Translations under genes and position numbers: made by a program
Shown here: in pieces, positions 20,118 to 28,566 of the stretch
Layout: every line of letters starts with the position of its first letter
Numbering within the stretch: position 1 is the stretch's first letter
Notes under the pieces: generated by a model
The model's database searches: none
Seen by the model: only the letters and a program-made list of their open reading frames with translations
What the model was told of the DNA's origin: nothing
Origin: Myxococcota bacterium
GTDB lineage: Bacteria > Myxococcota_A > SURF-8 > G963663525
Assembly (NCBI GenBank): GCA_963676915.2
Contig: CAXXVK010000029.1
Coordinates: forward strand, 1 to 59,910
Direction: 5' to 3'
Length of the DNA: 59,910 bases

Positions 20118-21173
20118 ATGACATGGCAGGCGGTATCGCTGGATCGGTCGGTGGTTCTGCCACTCTTCGCCTTCTATTTGTTGGTTGCGATAGAAGTGGC
20201 GTTCCTTGCTTGTTTTCTTAGGGTTTCAGTGGTTTTTTCGTGTCAGTTTTCCATCTGTCGTTCGCCATTATTACATAGGCCAACAATATCAATAACTTGG
20301 CGTTTATTTGCCAATGTGTGTCAACTGTGCGTCAAATATTCAGTGTATCTGCGTGTAATCCTTCAGTCTTTTGGGGAAGATTGGCAGAACAGCAATGCTT
20401 CGCCAAAGTTTGTATGTTCGACCGCCTTCAGGAGAATCATTGTCGAAATGGTAACTAGCAATTCCAGGTACAGCACTGAAACCGGAAATAATTCCTGTAA
20501 GGCTTGTCGGCAACCAACGTCCTGGAACAGCTGGACGATATTGTACAGCGGACAAAGCTGTAATGACGGTAACGCGTGTACTTATGATGATGGCTGCGCT
20601 GCAGGAGGAATTTGCTCCGGAGCGACGTATTCCTGCAACGACCATGGTACCTGCAATGGTGATGGAACCTGCACTTGCGATGAAGGATATGCAGGTGATC
20701 TATGTGATAGTTGCACTGATCTCTATATCAATTATCCTGACTGCGAGCCATTGATAACTTGGAAATACATTCAAGAAACAGGTAGTCCATGGCCAGGGTG
20801 TTTTGGCCAGGGATGTTCAACAGGAGATCCGTATTGCGATTCATCTATCCACATGCCTCGGTGGGCCAGTCGAATCAGCCTTGAAATTGCCAACGTAAAA
20901 GTCGAACACTTGCAGGATATCACCGAAGAAGATACGATAGCCGACCGACCCGGAAAACCGCATGTCAAGCCCGAAGAACAATATCTTATCCCTACGCGCT
21001 ACATCCTGCGTCGCGTTCGGGACGGCGACTTGACAGCGGAAGTCGGCTCGATGGACGAATATATGAGAATGCAGGCCATGGGCGGCATAAAATTTGGCAA
21101 CCCACCGGAAGTTTGCAAGATGAAACCGAAATGCGAAACGGTCAAGACCCTGCAAGAAATTAAGCGGGAATAA
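20118..21173 (+). pseudogene. Chimeric remnant: EGF/Cys-rich repeats, FGE-sulfatase start and a phage protein fragment
   Basis: CNDGNACTYDD..CNDHGTC..CTCDEGYAG; GCSTGDPYC; then SIHMPRWASRISLEIANVKVEHLQDITEED, a motif common in phage proteins; the 5' part of the ORF looks non-coding. Confidence 0.55.
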
Positions 21174-21200
21174 CGTTTAGATTACAAGAACTTACACGAG

Positions 21201-21232
21201 AAAAGAAACCGGGCGAAAGCCCGGTTTCTTTT
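21201..21232. terminator. Bidirectional rho-independent terminator
   Basis: AAAAGAAACCGGGC-gaaa-GCCCGGTTTCTTTT, perfect 14-bp stem. Confidence 0.8.
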
Positions 21233-21266
21233 GCCCTATGCTTACTCATTGCTTACTCGAACAAAG

Positions 21267-21298
21267 AAAAAAGGACTTACGAAAACTCGTAAGTCCTT
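21267..21298 (-). terminator. Terminator following the tRNA 3' fragment
   Basis: AAGGACTTACGA-aaac-TCGTAAGTCCTT stem with a U tract on the minus strand, 8 bp after the CCA end. Confidence 0.75.
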
Positions 21299-21306
21299 GA
21301 TTTTCT

Positions 21307-21352
21307 TGGTGGAGCAAGGGGGAGTCGAACCCCCGGCCTTCTGAATGCCATT
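21307..21352 (-). other. 3' half of tRNA-Ala(GGC); attachment-site duplication (att) of an integrated element
   Basis: Minus strand reads AATGGCATTCAGAAGGCCGGGGGTTCGACTCCCCCTTGCTCCACCA: anticodon loop with GGC, T-arm GTTCGA, acceptor 3' strand and CCA; upstream sequence has no D-arm or 5' acceptor strand. Confidence 0.85.
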
Positions 21353-21502
21353 AAGCCTAGTGAGAAATTTTCGATAATTTTCCAACCCCTTGAAAATACC
21401 GCAAGTTATTGTTTTTGCAGGTTTTATAGTGTTTCGCGCTGTCTGGTTTCCTTTTTGTTCATCCTTCATTTTTCGTTAAAATCACCTTGTTTTCGTGCAA
21501 TT

Positions 21503-21521
21503 TTGGCACAGATTGGCACAG
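21503..21521. repeat. Tandem 9-bp direct repeat, putative tyrosine-integrase arm-type sites
   Basis: TTGGCACAG-a-TTGGCACAG about 150 bp inside the att core. Confidence 0.55.
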
Positions 21522-21614
21522 GATTTTGGAGTAAATATATTGATTAGAAACAACCTTCTTACAACACTTCTCGCATAACTTTTCGCGCTCATTCTTTTCC
21601 CTTCAATACAAAAT

Positions 21615-22683
21615 GCCCCCTGCAGAGGGATGTCCTGTTCGGACAGTAGGGGGAGAAAAGAAAATGAAGAGCAGTGTGCGTTTCCGGCCCCCTGCAGAGG
21701 GATGTCCTGTCTGGACTTTCTAAATTATTGCGAATATCCGTAATTTTCGTTTCCGGCCCCCTGCAGAGGGATGTCCTGTCTGGACCCTGGAGGCAAAGAT
21801 GAAATTCGAGAAACTCAGGTTTCCGGCCCCCTGCAGAGGGATGTCCTGTCTGGACGAATAATGAACATTTGAAGAAGGAAGACTAAGTTTCCGGCCCCCT
21901 GCAGAGGGATGTCCTGTCTGGACTTATCTTCTGAGAAACAGAATGATGATGGTTCATTTGTTTCCGGCCCCCTGCAGAGGGATGTCCTGTCTGGACTGCA
22001 CAACGCAGCCAGAGGGCAACAAGTTTCGTTTCCGGCCCCCTGCAGAGGGATGTCCTGTCTGGACAAGAAAGTATCGTTTTTTTTGTGTTTGATGGGTTTC
22101 CGGCCCCCTGCAGAGGGATGTCCTGTCTGGACATTATTTTTATCGCTATCAGTATATGAAACGGTTTCCGGCCCTCTGCAGAGGGATGTCCTGTCTGGAC
22201 TGTTGTTTTTTTGGGGATTGTCAAGGAGGAGAGTTTCCGGCCCTCTGCAGAGGGATGTCCTGTCTGGACACCAAAGAGGAACTGAGGGCGCTCGATGAGT
22301 GTTTCCGGCCCTCTGCAGAGGGATGTCCTGTCTGGACGAAGGAAGACAACCAAGCAGTGAACACCTTTGTTTCCGGCCCTCTGCAGAGGGATGTCCTGTC
22401 TGGACTTATGGAAGAAGGGGAAAAACGCTGGGACATAAGTTTCCGGCCCTCTGCAGAGGGATGTCCTATCTGGACCCATTCAGATGGCGGAAAGCTTCCT
22501 GAAAAAGTTTCCGGCCCTCTGCAGAGGGATGTCCTGTCTGGACTTTACGAGCCCCATCAAAAACGGCAGATCATGTTTCCGGCCCTCTGCAGAGGGATGT
22601 CCTGTCTGGACAGTCCTTTCTAAGAAGATTTCTTTGCAGTACCAAAGTTTCCGGCCCTCTGCAGAGGGATGTCCTGTCTGGAC
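21615..22683 (-). CRISPR. CRISPR array 1: 16 repeats (trailer degenerate), 15 spacers of 31-36 nt
   Basis: 37-bp repeat GTCCAGACAGGACATCCCTCTGCAG(G/A)GGGCCGGAAAC on the minus strand, ending GAAAC; degenerate repeat at the left end, leader at the right. Confidence 0.98.
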
Positions 22684-22789
22684 TCTAGCCTCTGTAATAT
22701 CTTGATTTCAAAGAACTTTCAAGCCTAAAATTCGGAACCTCCCTGTTAGGTGAGCCTAAAACACCCCTTTTCCGGGGAGGTTCCGAATG
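22684..22789 (-). promoter_or_regulatory. CRISPR leader 1 with IHF-consensus site and inverted repeat
   Basis: 106 bp, 4 mismatches versus 26610-26715; AATCAAGATATTA (minus strand, 22695-22707) fits WATCARNNNNTTR; TTCGGAACCTCCC...GGGAGGTTCCGAA. Confidence 0.85.
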
Positions 22790-22791
22790 AC

Positions 22792-23076
22792 TTACACAAT
22801 AAATGCTGGTCCGTCGTCTATGGCTGGTCCACCTCCGTCTCCGATAATGGGAGGATTCAAGCTATGCTCCAGACGATAAATCTTGATAAATCCGCTTTCA
22901 ATACCCAGCTTTTCCAATGCCTCTATCATGCGTTTTTTCATGGGCCGGGTCAAGCGGCATTCGAACACGCTTTTCTGTACCCGAAAGCCGTATCCTTTCA
23001 GACATTTGTCTACCCATCGCCGTTCACGATTCGAGGAAATGTCGTAAATCACTACGTAATCCGATACGCCTTTCAT
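22792..23076 (-). CDS. cas2: CRISPR-associated endoribonuclease Cas2
   Basis: YVVIYDISSNRERRWVDKCLKGYGFRVQKSVFEC; ATGA overlap with the cas1 fusion stop. Confidence 0.96.
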   Translation of the reverse strand: MKGVSDYVVIYDISSNRERRWVDKCLKGYGFRVQKSVFECRLTRPMKKRMIEALEKLGIESGFIKIYRLEHSLNPPIIGDGGGPAIDDGPAFIV

Positions 23077-25715
23077 GATTTCCACCTGTAAAAACTCAAC
23101 GAACTTTCTCCTTTTACCCATCGACTTACGATAGCGACTTGCACCTGCAACAACTCCAGCCACGATAACTCGCCCGGGTTGCGTTTCCGGGTCAGCTCCG
23201 CTTCGTAGTGCTGAAGAAACAGTTTTCTACCTTCGTGAGTCAGGTACGCGCCGCGATCCGTCGTCTGAAAATGCTTCGACGTAATGATTTTCAGGTTCAA
23301 CAGCCGCAACAACAGACGATCCACCCGAGAACGAAACGGTTCTTGCAAGTCACAGACAAGCGACTCGTAATCGTCCGCCGGACTGTGTAAAAAACCCAGG
23401 TAAGGACTCAAACCGGCACAACGAACCAAGGCATTGAGACGCATGAACAGCAGGTAATAGCCGAAATTGAACAAACTGTTCAGGGGATCCGGCTTTTTTC
23501 GACGACGACCGGTAAAAGTAAAGGCGTCGTCTTTGATTTGCGCACCGATCTTGGCAAACACACGACGAGTAGTCTGCCCCTCGATGCCGCGAATTTCATT
23601 CACCGATCCGGCCTGAAGGATGCTTTTCGCCGCCCGTTCCAACTCGTGCAGCAAACTTGCAGTTCCAGGAGTATATCGTTGCTTGAAAACCGGCAGGTAA
23701 TTCAACAATTTAGCCTGGGCTACTTCAGCCGCCATCGCCAGGCGTTCGGTATCGCTCATACTATTGTAGCGTTCGGCGTGACGACCGACGGTCAAGTAGT
23801 ATTCTTTCGAGTCGGGTTTAACCGTTACGATGTTGTACCCTGATCCGAGGGACAGACTGACCGGAACCTTGCGCTCGACACATTCGGCCAGTAAAGCCGT
23901 GGAAATTACGCTTTTTTCCAGAACCATGATTTCGCTGATACGCCCAAGGGGAATGGTTTCCAGGATTTTTCGATAGCGGGTAACATCCACGGCGCTACCG
24001 TTTTTTGCCAGAAACACAGCCGGTTCGGTCACGTACAGCGGCTTTTTCAGTCGTTTGCCTTCCTGTTCGAAATCGGGAAGCGGCTCTCCTTTCCCCAACT
24101 CCAAGCCCAGGAAACGAAATCCCTCGTCGATGCGGTGAATCGCCGTTTTGGCAGGTTTGATCTTCAGTCGAATGGCATCAAGGCTTCGTTCTACGGTTTC
24201 ACGAGCGGCCTGCGCCTGTTCTTCCGTGCGAGTCAGCACGATGAAATCGTCGGCGTAGCGGATCATCCGGGCATCCAATCGTTGCAAATCCTCGTCGAAG
24301 GCATCAAGATACAGATTCGCCAACAAGGGAGATAACGGACTTCCCTGGGCAAGTCCGGCGTCTCGATCCTGCAGGCGATTTTTGAACACGTAGCCGTTTT
24401 GCAGACAGGTTTTCAGCACATCCAGCACCTTGTGATCGGCCACGGGAAACATATCGTCCAAAAGAGTGAAAAGCCGCGTCAAATCCACCGAGGGAAAGAA
24501 ATCATCGATATCCGATTCCAGCACGTAGCGGTAGCCATCGTCGAGGGCTTTGCGAACACGCGTCTCTACCTCATGACGTGATCTCCCCGGTCGATAGCCG
24601 ATCGCTTCGTCCTCCAGCATCTTTTCGATTACCGGAGCCAGCAAACGGCGCAACAACTGGTGGATTACCAAGTCCTCGGGGCCAAGGCGCTCCACCATAC
24701 GCTCTCCTCCGTTGGATTTCGGCACGGCGAACGCCTGGTTCGGTGAAGGCTGCCAGCTTCCATCGATGAGGGACTCGTGCAGCCTTTCGGTCAGGGTATC
24801 GGCGTCGAAGGGGGTTCCGCCGTCCACTGAGGCTTGCAGCAGGGCGCGGTCGTGGCGATGGATCACCTCTCCCACCGCCTTGCGTATCGCCGCCCGTTGG
24901 GGAAAACGCCGGGAGAAAAACGGGGAGTTGCGTTGCAGCCTGTAATGTCCCTGGGCATTGGCCAGTTTCGAGCCGCAGTGCAACTCGCTTCCCAGAATGA
25001 GCCATGGGAGGAAATCGGAAAACCGCCCCTTCAGATAGAGTGGTCCAGCACAGCCCTTGACATACTGGACCGTTCCCGGCTGGGATTTCGAGGACCGGCG
25101 ACGCTCGCTGTAATGCCAGAACCAGGGGAGCACCTCGAAGTCATCTTTGGAGCTTCGATAGGTGAAGTCGATGCCGAACAGTCTTGAAAAGCGGCGTTCG
25201 AAAGCTTGGACGAAGGTTTTGCGGGATAAAAACGTTCGAGGTTTTTCTTTGGGTCGATGGAACGAAAAAGGCGTGTCGAAACGAAGACATAGCTCATCAT
25301 CCTCCAGCCAGTCTCCGTTTTCTTCCATAAGCTTTTCCAGGCTGCGTTCTTCAGGAGCAGCACAATCTTCCAATGCGTAGGTGATGCAATGGGTAGGATC
25401 GGCCATATGCGCCCGGCAGGCCGCCGCCCAGCGCCAGGCGTCGGCCCGGTCAGCCCGACAGAGAAACACGTCCGCCTCAATGAGCGTGGGACGCTCGCGT
25501 GGTTCCCAACGAACGAGATGATGGAAAATGCGCGGATGTTCGTGCTCGGAGCCGTCCGGGTCGAGCCAGCCCAGGGAATCGGTTGTCCCTTTGACGATAG
25601 CCTCCACCGCCCCTGCGTGGGGAGAGCGAAGATTCGGCTTAAGTGGTCTGAATTCCACACGAATCCGCCACCAACGTAAAGCGGAGAAATCGGGTTGTGG
25701 TTTTCGTTTCGGCAT
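23073..25715 (-). CDS. cas1: Cas6-reverse transcriptase-Cas1 fusion
   Basis: N-term Cas6-like (LRFDTPFSF, KGCAGPLYL, G-loop LHCGSKLANAQGHY); RT (PKSNGGER, GYRPGRS, SDIDDFFPSV, GLAQGSPLSPLLANLYL, RYADDF, FRFLG); Cas1 (RGIEG, NSLFNFGY, LSPYLGFLH, SLVCDLQEPFR). Confidence 0.95.
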   Translation of the reverse strand: MPKRKPQPDFSALRWWRIRVEFRPLKPNLRSPHAGAVEAIVKGTTDSLGWLDPDGSEHEHPRIFHHLVRWEPRERPTLIEADVFLCRADRADAWRWAAACRAHMADPTHCITYALEDCAAPEERSLEKLMEENGDWLEDDELCLRFDTPFSFHRPKEKPRTFLSRKTFVQAFERRFSRLFGIDFTYRSSKDDFEVLPWFWHYSERRRSSKSQPGTVQYVKGCAGPLYLKGRFSDFLPWLILGSELHCGSKLANAQGHYRLQRNSPFFSRRFPQRAAIRKAVGEVIHRHDRALLQASVDGGTPFDADTLTERLHESLIDGSWQPSPNQAFAVPKSNGGERMVERLGPEDLVIHQLLRRLLAPVIEKMLEDEAIGYRPGRSRHEVETRVRKALDDGYRYVLESDIDDFFPSVDLTRLFTLLDDMFPVADHKVLDVLKTCLQNGYVFKNRLQDRDAGLAQGSPLSPLLANLYLDAFDEDLQRLDARMIRYADDFIVLTRTEEQAQAARETVERSLDAIRLKIKPAKTAIHRIDEGFRFLGLELGKGEPLPDFEQEGKRLKKPLYVTEPAVFLAKNGSAVDVTRYRKILETIPLGRISEIMVLEKSVISTALLAECVERKVPVSLSLGSGYNIVTVKPDSKEYYLTVGRHAERYNSMSDTERLAMAAEVAQAKLLNYLPVFKQRYTPGTASLLHELERAAKSILQAGSVNEIRGIEGQTTRRVFAKIGAQIKDDAFTFTGRRRKKPDPLNSLFNFGYYLLFMRLNALVRCAGLSPYLGFLHSPADDYESLVCDLQEPFRSRVDRLLLRLLNLKIITSKHFQTTDRGAYLTHEGRKLFLQHYEAELTRKRNPGELSWLELLQVQVAIVSRWVKGESSLSFYRWKS

Positions 25716-25737
25716 TGTTTTTCTTTCTATTCAAAGA

Positions 25738-26609
25738 CCCCCTGCAGAGGGATGTCCTGTCTGGACTCACAATTATTACCCCATTTTGGAGGAATTAAGT
25801 TTCCGGCCCCCTGCAGAGGGATGTCCTGTCTGGACTCACAATTATTACCCCATTTTGGAGGAATTAAGTTTCCGGCCCCCTGCAGAGGGATGTCCTGTCT
25901 GGACTCACAATTATTACCCCATTTTGGAGGAATTAAGTTTCCGGCCCCCTGCAGAGGGATGTCCTGTCTGGACCGATTGCCGAGAGTCGGAGGAATATCC
26001 CGATAATGTTTCCGGCCCCCTGCAGAGGGATGTCCTGTCTGGACCAATGGTGCGTAATTTGGGTGAAGCCCAAAGTTTCCGGCCCCCTGCAGAGGGATGT
26101 CCTGTCTGGACACAGGTAGTTACGAGAGCTTAGCAGAGTTGACAATGAACGTTTCCGGCCCCCTGCAGAGGGATGTCCTGTCTGGACCTTGCTTGAAAGT
26201 GGGGAGGAGATTGGAAAAGTTTCCGGCCCCCTGCAGAGGGATGTCCTGTCTGGACTCAAAGTTACACTCACACAAGTGAATATACTATGTTTCCGGCCCC
26301 CTGCAGAGGGATGTCCTGTCTGGACAAACACAGAACCAACGAGAAACTGCCAAGGAGCGTTTCCGGCCCCCTGCAGAGGGATGTCCTGTCTGGACAGCAC
26401 GGTCTGGATATACACGCTCGCCTTACGGGTGTTTCCGGCCCCCTGCAGAGGGATGTCCTATCTGGACAAAATACGACGATGCGAAAAAAAATCTTGAAAT
26501 CTGTTTCCGGCCCTCTGCAGAGGGATGTCCTATCTGGACACATTCGGAATATAAAAAACTCAGCCCTAAATTGTTTCCGGCCCTCTGCAGAGGGATGTCC
26601 TATCTGGAC
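25738..26609 (-). CRISPR. CRISPR array 2: 13 repeats (trailer degenerate), 12 spacers of 30-39 nt, trailer spacer present three times
   Basis: Same 37-bp repeat as array 1; spacer TCACAATTATTACCCCATTTTGGAGGAATTAA at 25767, 25836 and 25905. Confidence 0.98.
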
Positions 26610-26715
26610 TCTAGCCTCTGTAATATCTTGATTTCAAAGAACTTTCAAGCCTAAAATTCGGAACCTCCCTGTTAGGCGGACCTAAACCACCCCTTTTCCG
26701 GGGAGGTTCCGAATG
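26610..26715 (-). promoter_or_regulatory. CRISPR leader 2 (near-identical copy of leader 1)
   Basis: 102/106 identical to 22684-22789; IHF-consensus site at 26621-26633. Confidence 0.85.
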
Positions 26716-26741
26716 GATTGCTAAAAAAAGCGGTTTCATAT

Positions 26742-27764
26742 TTATAATTTTTCCGTTAAATCCTGCTCTTGCCAAAGTATTTGCAACAAAATCCCCAAAG
26801 CACTACCAAATAAAGGGAATTGGATCAACAAAGATACATTAGATGCAATTTCCAACCATGGAGCCTGATTGAGGACATATCTCATGACCTCATGGCCTAC
26901 AAGCAGATAAAACACCTCGGATAGCAAAATCCCTTGAAGAATAAATAAAGTAACAACCACACTGCCACGCTGAAATAGCAATTTCGGATATTTGTAAGTT
27001 TTTTTTCCAACTCGTAAAAACACGAAAAAAATAATGCAGACCAAAGGAAATAGGATCCCCCAAAATAAAGGCAAAGCGGATACCATTAGCCAACCCTCCG
27101 CTACACCCATTAAAGCAAAAAGACCGATCGACGTCGCCGCCATCATACGTGGCATTAAAAAATTCCAATAGTTTAACATTTTTCTCTTAAACGAAAGACT
27201 TCTATAAATGCGTCGAGCTGAAACAAAATCATAACGTTTTAAAAACCATTCGATACCAAATTCTGCCAATTCGGCATGAGTAATAAAAAACGACCTAAGA
27301 CCGCCTTTGCCATCATCTTCGAAAAATACGGATCGTGCTTCCTTTTCTATGGCTGGACATGTATTATCATCGTTGCTTAATAAGCGAGAAAACAACAAGT
27401 CGTATCTACTTTTTTCCCTTTGTACAAAATGATTAAGCCAATTGACAACGTAGGCAAAAGCATTGCTTTTATGCTCTTCTGGCATGGAATCATTCCATTT
27501 AATCAATGCCAGTCGAGCCTGAACCTTGTCTAATACAAAGTCATAATGTGGTACTGAACGAACTGAATCAGACAAATTATCCAGTGTTTCCTGCAACAAT
27601 AAATAATCGTCGTAACCTATTTTTTTTATCCGTTCGTCATTCGAATTCCTGCAAAATTCTAGCAGTCTCTCTTTGCGATTCTCACCGGGAAATTTTAATT
27701 TTTCAGCCGCCTGGTCCAACTCATCAAAAATCAACGATGAAGCGTTCATTCTGTTGTTTGTCAT
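26742..27764 (-). CDS. CRISPR-associated membrane protein (soluble N-terminal domain plus about 4 TM helices), candidate effector
   Basis: Last gene of the cmr operon, ATGA-coupled to the CARF gene; about 200 hydrophilic residues followed by four hydrophobic stretches; family not recognised. Confidence 0.7.
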   Translation of the reverse strand: MTNNRMNASSLIFDELDQAAEKLKFPGENRKERLLEFCRNSNDERIKKIGYDDYLLLQETLDNLSDSVRSVPHYDFVLDKVQARLALIKWNDSMPEEHKSNAFAYVVNWLNHFVQREKSRYDLLFSRLLSNDDNTCPAIEKEARSVFFEDDGKGGLRSFFITHAELAEFGIEWFLKRYDFVSARRIYRSLSFKRKMLNYWNFLMPRMMAATSIGLFALMGVAEGWLMVSALPLFWGILFPLVCIIFFVFLRVGKKTYKYPKLLFQRGSVVVTLFILQGILLSEVFYLLVGHEVMRYVLNQAPWLEIASNVSLLIQFPLFGSALGILLQILWQEQDLTEKL

Positions 27765-28552
27765 GATAAGTCACTAACTTTCCGAGCCCTTGAGGTCAGA
27801 TGACTCTTTTTTGCTTCCCCAGAAGTCGTCTGGATCATTCGTTCAGACGTCGACAGAGGTTTGCAAAGCATAGTGGAATCTTCAAAAAGGTAGTAGGTCT
27901 CTCGATACCAATCAGGTTTCGTAATATCTTTCAACAGATAGTGCACAAAATGTAGCAATGTTCCTTTGTACCCACCGGTTAAATTGAAATACACTTGCGG
28001 ATCTGAAGCTTTTGCAAGCTTTTCTTCGAGAAGACTCGTCATTTTCCATAGCGCGTTATCGAAACCAATTGGATTGCAAGGATCCAATCCTTGTACTTCC
28101 AACCATTGTGATTGTATAAGTTTCGGTAAGAAGTATTGTTTTTGGTCATCAGGTAACAGGAGTTGATTCAAGATACCTTCGTTCATCGTTGCCGAGAGTC
28201 TACCCTCCTCGTCATCTCCATGGATAAAAAGCAATTCATAATTTGCAATTGTTTCATCCGGCTGGAAAATTTCTTGATCAATATAAAACAGGGACGCCAA
28301 TTCCGCACTCAAGTCCTGTCGTGGACCATACTGCCATGTGTCGACATCAAATTGATCTTGCACGCTGTCAGTATTTTTCATCAGCTTTTTTACCACTTGG
28401 TCCCGGACGGTTTCTACCTCCATCAGATTTTCCAATGAGTAGTCAGTGCGATTCAAACCAATTTTTTTTCTGTATTCTGAAACCGCTTTCCAACACGTAG
28501 CAGATCGCAAGATACTTGTGCCGCATGGAGCAACTAAAAATGTTGTTTTCAT
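27761..28552 (-). CDS. Standalone CARF protein, APE2256/SSO1393 (Crn1-like) family, probable ring nuclease
   Basis: VAPCGTSIL, SAELASL, VQGL and FNLTGGYKG motifs, YYLFED; no C-terminal HEPN RxxxxH domain. Confidence 0.8.
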   Translation of the reverse strand: MKTTFLVAPCGTSILRSATCWKAVSEYRKKIGLNRTDYSLENLMEVETVRDQVVKKLMKNTDSVQDQFDVDTWQYGPRQDLSAELASLFYIDQEIFQPDETIANYELLFIHGDDEEGRLSATMNEGILNQLLLPDDQKQYFLPKLIQSQWLEVQGLDPCNPIGFDNALWKMTSLLEEKLAKASDPQVYFNLTGGYKGTLLHFVHYLLKDITKPDWYRETYYLFEDSTMLCKPLSTSERMIQTTSGEAKKSHLTSRARKVSDLS

Positions 28553-28566
28553 GACCGTTTCTCCGT

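Noticed and set aside
21307-21380. Intact tRNA-Ala gene
   Set aside because: The 5' acceptor strand and D-arm are missing; only the 3' half is present.
21815-22705. ORFs across array 1 (and likewise 25528-26631 across array 2)
   Set aside because: They are translations of CRISPR repeats, not genes.
24100-24900. Group II intron, retron or DGR reverse transcriptase
   Set aside because: The RT is fused in frame between Cas6 and Cas1; no intron RNA, msr/msd or avd gene is seen.
21645-26572. Self-targeting spacers matching the prophage or host genes in this window
   Set aside because: None noticed by eye; an exhaustive alignment is needed, so this is unproven rather than excluded.
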